From Antedon mediterranea (lineage: Eukaryota > Animalia > Echinodermata), in contig NC_092675.1 in assembly GCF_964355755.1 (NCBI RefSeq), forward strand, positions 10,225,812-10,289,811: a DNA stretch of 64,000 bases, in the 5' to 3' direction. The notes beneath the pieces are model-generated. The model was not told where the DNA came from. It did not search any database and was given only the letters and a program-made list of their open reading frames with translations. Below, one piece after another: positions 55,138-64,000 of this stretch (the stretch's first letter is position 1; the number at the start of each line of letters is the position of its first letter). The translations under genes were made by a program, and so were the position numbers.

Positions 55138-57712
55138 CAGACGTTCCAACCTAAATGAATTAAAAATCGGGAGGGTATACCGCCACCAACGTTAACACTG
55201 TGATGTCTGTTGCCACCAACGTTCAATAATAAAACTATACTGTACTACCAACACGAATCTTAAGACAGCTCTTTGCAAATCAGAGTAATACAAACAAAAA
55301 GAAAAGAACTTGTTTGGTGATTATAAATCAAACTTTATCTATATATAAATTTACGTAAGGGCAAAATTCGGTAAATCGCGCCTTACTTCTATAATTTTTA
55401 CTCGATGGTATATAAAGTTGGTTCGTACTTTCGGTACTGATTTTAACCACCTGATGTAACCCTGTTTACTAATTAAATTAAGTTAGATAATTAGTTATTG
55501 ACGGTTAAAACGAATTTAGGTTCTAAGATTTGCCCCAAATAGGGGTGTTTTCCGATCGTGGTATACACTGTCTAATGGATGTCCGTCTTGAAAAATACCC
55601 GCCACAAAAATGCGAGGAGGCTTCGCATTTTCCTATCTCCTCCTACGATAATTGTTTTTAATGGCTGAAAACCGGTTGAACAGCTAGAGTACACCATCAT
55701 AATGTTGAAGACAGGCCGATTTTCTTTAAAAAATACTATTTTGATATATTTAATATACGATTATACAAATCTATTGATTTGCGATGAATGGAACATCCCA
55801 ATCTCTCAGTCTGCCAGAGTTTGGTTTAACACAAGTACTGTAGGTAAATTTATGAGCCCTTGGTTTAACACATACGGTAGGTAAATATATGGGCCCTTTG
55901 AGAATAAACTTGCGAGATTGTGGATAGGCTCTACTGTTAGATATATAAACACATTATTATATACAAATAAACTTTATACTGACAGTTCTTTCTCAACGTT
56001 TGTATTAATTAATAATTACCAAATATAAACGTCGTAGTGGTGTATCGTGACATGGTACTTTAATATTTCAATCGATTATGACAGTGACAGTTTTAACTAA
56101 ACTAAATAAAGAATGTTCTCTAATATAATTAGGAATCTCTTGCCATACACGGGGAAAATTAGTGTACAATGAATATTTAAAAGAAATAAATAAATAAATA
56201 AAATAAAAAAAGTATTATATCGCAAATGTTTTACTGTATTTAGAGGTATATTATTTATAGGCCTATAAAACATGAAAAAAATATTTCGTTACTGAGTGGA
56301 TAAAGAATATATTTAAAAATTGTTCCTCTTTGTACCTATCCGCTTTCCCATCCCTCAACCCTAATGTTACATACAAAACACAAATTGGGTTTCTTTAAAT
56401 GAGTCCAAATCAAAAACTTGGACTCATTTTGTGATAAGTTTCTCCTTCGGAAGTAATTCCCAGGGTGCTAATTTTAGTTGACTACATAAATCATCGTGTC
56501 TATTTATTTGTTTCTGTAAACGACAATGTATAGGCCTATAGTCCTGCGGTACGTACATTTGAAATCGCCAGTTTTGTTACGCTGAAATTACTGTGTATTC
56601 GAGAACCATCTGTGGGAACGACCTAGATGGTACGCGAGCGAAGCGAGCGTACCATCTAGTTTACTAAATTTATATTGTTGTATACACTTAAATAAAAAGC
56701 CATTCACAGTACAAATCAAATCTGTACTAGTTGTATTAATTCATTAACAAAAATACTAATTAAAACAAACAACTTGGAGTGTAGTGTACAGCAACATCGT
56801 TGATTCCTCCCTGTGAGCATGACAAATTCACGTTACAAATAGTGCAAAAAAACTTGTATTCACTCTCGGTAACGTGTTGATTACTCGCACTAACAAACGG
56901 AAACGTATTTTTCCATTCATTAGAAAATCTAGTTTTATATTTTTTCTTTTTACAACTTTCTTTAGTCTCTAAAACTACGCTACTACGTTTTTCCGACATA
57001 CTGTAAAACCAGAAAATTTCACGAGTGATTGCAATTTGCGAAAGTATGTACGCAAAATACAGTACTACAAGTACTTTTCCGGTACATGCGCAGTGAGAAT
57101 ACATACAGTACTGTACGATGGTACGATCGATGCCTGGGCATTGGAATTGGGTCAAAGAACTTTGTAACTAGCAATTTCAGTACACGCGCGCCTACTACTG
57201 ATACTGTAGATTCATCGCGTACTGTCGGTAAACACAAAGGACGTCGCATAGTACTACTACTACTACTACTACTACACTGACGATGATGCCTTCCCTGGGC
57301 ATGGGAATTAGGTCAAACTTGTAACCAGGAAAAAGTTTCAGTACATGTGCGCCTACTCTACTGATAAAGCGATACTATAGCTTCATCGCTAAAGGTAAGA
57401 ATCGCGTACAGTCGGTAAACACAAAGGACGTCGCCTTACAGTACGCTGTACCATCCATGGCTGTACTATGCTATACAATCTTTACATACATTACATGTTC
57501 GTTGTATCATACGGGGTGGTACGTACGACGTGTGAGATTAAATTAATTTGCAATATTAACTTTCGTGGGAAGATAGATTTTAATTTAATGCAATAATACT
57601 GAATTTTATAGAAATGTGTGAAATCGGGAGATATATTTAAAATTCGGGAGACCGGGAGGTGATGTTAAAATTCGGGAGACTCCCGGATAAATCGGGAGGG
57701 TTGGAACGTCTG
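55138..57712 (-). mobile_element. hAT-like internally deleted element with 6-bp TSD and truncated BED-type Zn finger, in KolX intron 1
   Basis: Perfect 14-bp TIR CAGACGTTCCAACC / GGTTGGAACGTCTG, with CTACTA on both flanks and sub-terminal TCGGGAG repeats. The ORF ~57000-56760 (-) reads YKTRFSNEWKNTFPFV...FFCTICNVNLSCSQGGINDVAVH. Confidence 0.75.
55338..56659 (+). mobile_element. Non-autonomous Helitron nested in the hAT-like element
   Basis: A|TCTATATATAAAT ... hairpin CTAGATGGTACGC-GAGCGAAGCGA-GCGTACCATCTAG|T. The 5' ~470 bp are nearly identical to 63374-63840. Confidence 0.85.
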
Positions 57713-58810
57713 CTACTAGCCTAGGGACTCCCTAGCCTAGTAGTCTAGTAGTACTCTAGAGTCTAGTAGGCCTAGTACTAGGAGGCCTAGCTAGGATATT
57801 ATTAATACTAGCTAGGCCTATATAGTTTTAGGCCTTATTAATTATACAGTACTTTATCCCCAAACCTAGACTACCACTTTACTCCCTCCTTACAAATAAA
57901 TATACCTACCAATCTCGTCCTTGTCTCAAATGAAGATTTTGTGGTAGGCCCATCGCTGCGAATCCATGTGCTCTAGCCCGATCTCGGTGGTGTGCAGCAT
58001 CGCCGCCGAGTGGCCCACTTCTCCCTCCGCTCCACCAGCGGGCACCCTTGGATCGTTTTCAAACACTCCTCTCCAATTCACTGCAACAATATCATGCTCA
58101 TCTTCGGATGATGCCGAGGACGATAAAGACGACATATCGCTATCCATTTAAAATTATTGTAAATATCAGATAGTATATAGTAGAAATAAAACGTAAAGCT
58201 ATCTAGCGATTGAAAAATTAAATGGCGTCCATACACAACAAACGAACGAGTCTAGAAAGTGTATCTGACGCATGCGTATTATCGGTTCGTGTACCTAGCT
58301 TGTGTAGGGTTTGACTGAATGTTTCGGAGAAAATGAGCGTGAAAAACGAAATTAAAAATCAATTTATATAAAAAAATTAAGGAAATATTCCATAATTTCA
58401 ACGATTTACGATGTATTAATCATTTAAGAATGAAACTGTAAAGCAGATAAGTTAATATCGAAATAGTTTTGGCGCAGTGGAAAATTAACCCAAAAATTCA
58501 TATCTCCTCCTGTACAAAAGTTTCCGCTTGTGACGTCACAGGCGGATTTTTTTTCATTTCTTAGGGCTGTTTTCTATGCGTCATCGTCATCTCTGAAATG
58601 TACTCTAACAGTCAGCTGTATGTAACAGTATATACTACGTGTTGAAAACATAAAATCAAACTTTTTGGAATCCTTTCATATCATCTTTAACCTGCTAACC
58701 CACATAGTGACACGCATGTAAACATACACATTCATTTATATATATAGTTTTCACCAAAAAACGTTTTAGTTTTAGGAAATTTAGTATAGCCTTCTCTTCT
58801 TATTAAGCTT

Positions 58811-59189
58811 ATAGAGTATCACGGTGTGATGTGACAACGATAGAGGGCGCTGCATGGTTGCTAGCCAATCAAAAAATGCGTTCAACGCTACTAGTTGATA
58901 AACAGTAAAGATCTGTATTTCTATCAAATTATGTATCTTAGCTTGATTTTTAAACTTAAACTGTAGTTGAAGAATAAATAGATTATTAAAAACAAATATT
59001 TAGTGATCTTTTGAAATTTTAGTTTGTTTTTATTGAAAATTATTAAGTTTTAAAATGACTACTTCAATAAGACTATTCCAAACCATTGGTGACCTTTGAG
59101 TCACTCATGCAGGTTTAACGCATTTTTGGTTGTGCTAGCAACCACGCAGCGCCACCTACAGTCGTGACGTCAGCACCGCGATAATCTAT
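58811..59189. mobile_element. ~380-bp MITE with ~70-bp imperfect inverted arms
   Basis: ATAGAGTATCACGGTG...GGCGCTGCATGGTTGCTAGC...AAAAATGCGTT vs AACGCATTTTT...GCTAGCAACCACGCAGCGCC...CACCGCGATAATCTAT. Confidence 0.7.
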
Positions 59190-61139
59190 AAACATAATTA
59201 AACAGCTATAAAATTAAACAGCATATGACATCAACAACCAAACACAACAAATTTTCCCCAGTCAGATGCTGATTCATATCAGGATAGTGTAAATGACATT
59301 TAATAGAACCTTCTATGCATGTCAAGTACAGTAGTGACTGCATTCTTTACAAATATGTTTTTTGGGGGTTATCCACCTTCCCTTCACATTGCCGTCATAC
59401 ATAATGAAATCCTAAAACCTACATATTCTTAATGGTAAGATTTTGCCATTATTTCATCAGTTTTTACCATTGTAACAAACATATTTACAACACAGAAAGT
59501 GATGCAGTTAATTAACAAAAACCTAGTCCATTTAAACCTTAACTGCATTATCCTATAAGTCGATCTGTCTCACTGCTAAATGAAAATGGCACTTTCGAAG
59601 AATCAAACCTATTAATTAACACTAAAATAGGCCAAACAATCTAAAGTTTCAACAACAATCAACATCTACAAAGAGACTAAAAATGAATAATGACTGTAAG
59701 GATTCAATCAATCACCTTCCACTAACAATGAGAACATTGAGTTTCACCACAAAAATGATAATGACTGTATATATGTATGGTACTGCTAAAAATGATGAAT
59801 TTCTATGTTTTAACCTTTAACCTAACTGTTATAGAAAATTCTATAATTATACTGTACTCTATAAATATGTCATTGAAATAATCTAAATAGTTGTAGGTTA
59901 TTTATAATAAAAGCTGAGAAATATCTATTCACATATAAACTTTATTCTTTATTTCAAACCAACAGTGTAAAACACCAATAACAGGTTGAAAATAAATAAC
60001 TAAACTATAAAATATGAGCCAATATAATATATACAAAATGAAAAAAGATTATTTAAATAAGTTCATTATCAGTAAATGCTGAAAGAAACTCATCAAGAAA
60101 TTAAGTGACTTATCCACAGTGCTCACTGAAATATTTGTTCTAAATACCTTCAAACTACATAGCTAAAATTGTACATTATTGATTTCTTAAACTAATATAA
60201 AATTTAGATCACAAATTTACAGTTATGAAGATCATATTAATATTCATAAGAATTCATTAAAAAATTAATACAGTGGTGTGATCAGAGTAGAGCCCAAGGC
60301 TTGAATTTTTAATCATGTTTTTGTATAAAGATTGAATCTTCCATGCTAAAATCCGATACTAATTTTTTTCTAGTGCCGTATGGTATTAGTTCTACTTAAA
60401 ATGAATTGTCTAATAAAAAACATGAAAAATAAAGTTTAAAATAGGTTAAAAAGATAATCATTTCCACTCAAAAAAAAATGAAAAAAGGTTTATGTTTTCA
60501 CAAAAGACAAAACAAATGGTTCAATTCAACCTAAAACCTGGCAGCCAATATGACTATGTTTCTTTAAATTACAGGTTCTTCATGTCAATCCAATTTTTTG
60601 TCAAAGTGAATATTAAACTATTATGTAACAATAAAAATACATATTCAACAACAATTTTAAAAAGATCTTTTATCAAGGGGACAACATATCTTTAACGTCA
60701 GAATATTTCTATTTAATAGTTCTATTCATTCGTTCAGCTTTTCGTGACATTTTGAGAATGTTATCCAACGCAAGTCTGCATTCGAAAAGAAATGAAAAAT
60801 CTTTTGTGTGCTTGGTTTATAACTGCTCTACTTAGTGTATAATTGGACCAAATCTAGTCTTCAAAATTAATGAAAGCAGTGGATTAATTGAACAAAAGTT
60901 TATTTTACAACAGTGGATGTGTTTAATAAAACAAATAATGGTATATTTGTTAAATGATAAAGGATATTGGATTCATTGGAAGACTGCCTATTCTACTTTC
61001 AACTCATAAACATTCATCAGTTGTAAACTATTGACGAGTGCAGTATGATGCCGCAATACAAGTACAAAAAATGATCAGATTTTAGGAACTTCTGAAAAAC
61101 ACAGAATCCCTCAATCTATTTGGTAAGTATTATGTATTT

Positions 61140-62510
61140 CTCAGATTTTCTGCTAGTCTCTAGATTTTCTGCTAGTCTCTAGATTGTCTGCTAGTCTCTA
61201 GATTGTCTGCTAATCTCTACATGTTGTGCTAGTCTCTAGATTTTGTGCTAGTCTCTACATTTGTGCTAATATCTAGATTTTGTGCTAATATCTAGATTTT
61301 GTGCTAGTCTCTAGATTTTGTGCTAGTCTCTAGATTTGTGCTAGTCTCTAGATGTTGTGCTAGTCTCTACATTTGTGCTAGTCTCTAGATTTTGTGCTAA
61401 TATCTAGATTTTGTGCTAGTCTCTACATGTTGTGCTAGTCTCTACATGTTGTGCTAGTCTCTAGATTTTCTGCTAGTCTCTAGATTTTCTGCTAATCTCT
61501 AGATTTGTGCTAGTCTCTAGATGTTGTGCTAGTCTCTACATTTGTGCTAGTCTCTAGATTTTGTGCTAGTCTCTACATGTTGTGCTAGTCTCTAGATTTT
61601 CTGCTAGTCTCTAGATTTTCTGCTAGTCTCTAGATTTGTGCTAGTCTCTAGATTGTGTGCTAGTCTCTACATGTTGTGCTAGTCTCTAGATGTTGTGCTA
61701 GTCTCTACATTTGTGCTAATATCTAGATTTTGTGCTAGTCTCTACATGTTGTGCTAGTCTCTAGATTTTCTGCTAGTCTCTAGATTTTCTGCTAGTCTCT
61801 AGATTTGTGCTAGTCTCTAGATGTTGTGCTAGTCTCTACATTTGTGCTAGTCTCTAGATTTTGTGCTAATATCTAGATTTTGTGCTAGTCTCTACATGTT
61901 GTGCTAGTCTCTAGATTTTCTGCTAGTCTCTAGATTTTCTGCTAATCTCTAGATTTTGTGCTAGTCTCTACATGTTGTGCTAGTCTCTAGATTTTGTGCT
62001 AGTCTCTAGATTTTGTGCTAGTCTCTACATTTGTGCTAGTCTCTACATTTGTGCTAGTCTCTAGATTGTCTGCTAATCTCTACATTTTGTGCTAGTCTCT
62101 AGATTTTGTGCTAATATCTAGATTTTGTGCTAGTATCTAGATTTTGTGATAGTCTCTAGATTGTGTGCTAGTCTCTAGATTTTGTGCTAGTCTCTACATT
62201 TTCTGCTAATCTCTAGATTTTGTGCTAGTCTCTACATTTTCTGCTAATCTCTAGATTTTGTGCTAGTCTCTAGATTTTCTGCTAATCTCTAGATTTTGTG
62301 CTAGTCTCTACAGTACATTTTGTGCTAGTCTCTAGATTTTCTGCTAGTCTTTAGATTTTGTGCTAGTCTCTAGATTTTGTGCTAGTCTCTACATTTTCTG
62401 CTAATCTCTAGATTTTGTGCTAGTCTCTACAGTACATTTTGTGCTAGTCTCTAGATTTTCTGCTAGTCTTTAGATTTTCGGCTAGTCTCTAGATTTTTCT
62501 GCTAGTCTCT
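61140..62510 (+). repeat. 19-20-bp minisatellite (TGCTAGTCTCTAGATTTTG), roughly 70 copies
   Basis: Seen directly in the sequence. Confidence 0.97.
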
Positions 62511-62885
62511 ATTATTATTTATCTTTTATTGACAACTGGGGATAACAGTGTCCAACATGGCATACAAATAGTAGGTGATACAAGCATTAAAATAGCAATA
62601 ACAAACTTAAATAATATTTTCACTAACTTTAAGAACTTCATACATCGGATGAATATCAAGAGAAGGATTTAATGTGAAACAATATTTACTAAGTTTAGTA
62701 CTCGTGGATTCTAACACACGGTTACGAATTCTTGTTATATCATTATTACGATGATCAGGAATCTCTAAAATACTACAAACATAACGATAAAATGGAGTTT
62801 GAGTAAGTTGACATATTGACCATGCCAACATGAACGGGTCGTCATTCATATTCTCCCTTTCATTTAATATTTTATTAAAAACTAA
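62511..62885 (-). mobile_element. Probable non-LTR retrotransposon 3' remnant
   Basis: ORF 62607-62849 (DDPF...STKLSKY...NPSLDIHPMY) resembles LINE ORF2 tails. AATAAAAGATAAATAATAAT forms a tail on the minus strand. Confidence 0.45.
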
Positions 62886-63373
62886 TATTGAACTAATGCA
62901 TCACAATTTACTTAAGATTTTTTCTACCCTAAAAACATACAGTGGATGTGCAGCTGATTCTACAGTATAAAGTTGCTATTAATTAAAGTAGTAAACATTA
63001 GTTTGGAAGGAAAGGGCCTGCCACAGCACAATACAACCTAACACATGAATGTAGATCAATTATTTCATGAGATTGATGTTTTGTTAAGTCTAATTTTGTC
63101 TTCAAGTTCATTGAGAAATAGATCACTTACTGAATAAGTGGTGTAATTGTATACAAATAATGAATGTTTATGAGTGAAATGGTACAAATAATTTCATGAG
63201 GTGAAAGCTGAATGGTCTAATATTGATCTTTATTTGATTTTGATTTTTAAGTTGATCGAACATGATCAGTCAATAACAGTCTCTTGTCGCTTGTGGTTGC
63301 TCACAAACAATTATTTATTATCGTGTAACTCAAAATCCTCCAATCAAATAAAAAGAATCTACTAGGTATGTTA

Positions 63374-64000
63374 TCTATATATAAATTTACGTAAGGGCAA
63401 AATTCGGTAAATCTCGGTTTATTTCTAGAATTTCTACTCGATGGTATATAAAGTTGGTTCATACTTTCGGTACTGATTTTAACCATCTGATGTAACCCTG
63501 TTTACTAATTAAATTGAGTTAGGTAATTAGTTATTGACGATTAAAACGAATTTAGGTTCAACGATTTGCCCCAAATAGGGGTGTTTTTCGATCGTGGTAT
63601 ACACTGTCTAATGGATGTCCATCTTGAAAAATACCCGCCACAAAAATACGAGGAGGCTTCGCATTTTCCTATCTCCTCCTACGATAATTGTTTTTAATAG
63701 CTGAAAACTGGTTGAACAGCTAGAGTACAGCATCATAATGTTGAAGACAGGCCGATTTTCTTAAAAAAATACTATTTTGATAGATTTAATATACGATTAT
63801 ACAAATGTATTGATTTGCGATGAATGGAACATTCCAATCTCTGTTTCACAAGTGTCTATTCCCTCAGGCGTCGTAAAGGCAAGTACAGCACTGTATACTC
63901 GAAATTCGATCCATTTTTGTTTTCAATCTGTGCTGCAGAGGTTGGATATAATTTTTTTTTAAACGGATAATGAGCTAGCGTTTTCACTCGCCGTATATTA
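63374..64000 (+). mobile_element. Helitron 5' portion (same family as 55338-56659), running off the window
   Basis: A|TCTATATATAAATTTACGTAAGGGCAAAATTCGG start; collinear with 55338-55805, then diverges. Confidence 0.8.

Larger units (their letters stand above)
54294..58147 (-). pseudogene. KolX-type partner gene, P2X7 cytoplasmic ballast (Cys-rich Zn/GDP-binding)-like; exons 58147-57910, 54925-54865, 54732-54569, 54464-54294
   Basis: Spliced translation ...RDW|CGCGNCVVEEMWENRYCCQE|V...GCITTHPWFQAAILNPATLQIAY...R|KYRYTAYRQFVRWCWRYLGRDRRVPITSCVINKIREAFPDPEQ-(frameshift)-YTGF. This parallels P2X7 WCQCG.C...CC...CIT...RHCAYR....W..........IPSC....IRKEFP....YSGF. There are single-base frameshifts in exons 1 and 4. 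Confidence 0.88.
43380..58686 (+). mobile_element. Kolobok-superfamily DNA transposon (two convergent genes; ~7.6 kb after removing nested inserts)
   Basis: TTAA at 43376-43379 and 58687-58690. TIR AGATGATATGAAA(C/G)GATT (13 bp perfect, 17/18). Purine-purine termini. It encloses a THAP-DDE transposase (+) and a Cys-rich partner gene (-). Confidence 0.9.

Noticed and set aside
59790-59920. C/D-box snoRNA (ATGATGA...CTGA)
   Set aside because: It is antisense to NAF1, the D box is absent in the duplicate at ~39960, and no terminal stem was seen.

Overview
This is AT-rich eukaryotic (animal) genomic DNA with GT-AG introns; the repeat spectrum suggests a marine invertebrate, possibly an echinoderm (inference). 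The host genes are the 3' five exons of NAF1 (H/ACA RNP assembly factor; minus strand, 37995-34803, in frame) and an unassigned intron-less 427-aa Ser/Arg-rich ORF (13508-14791). The main feature is a 15.3-kb Kolobok-type DNA transposon (43380-58686, TTAA target duplication, short TIRs) carrying two convergent spliced genes. One is a 12-exon THAP + DDE transposase; the other is a 4-exon Cys-rich protein resembling the cytoplasmic Zn/GDP-binding 'ballast' domain of the vertebrate P2X7 receptor (KolX-type partner). Both genes are frameshifted. Their introns hold nested elements: two Harbinger-type elements, a TTAA MITE, a Helentron-type element inside its own relative, and a hAT-like element with a 6-bp TSD that contains a Helitron. 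The rest of the window holds two 3-kb foldback elements, ~600-bp TTAA MITEs, further Helitrons, LINE/SINE remnants and mini/microsatellites. All coordinates and translations were read by eye and no database searches were run.
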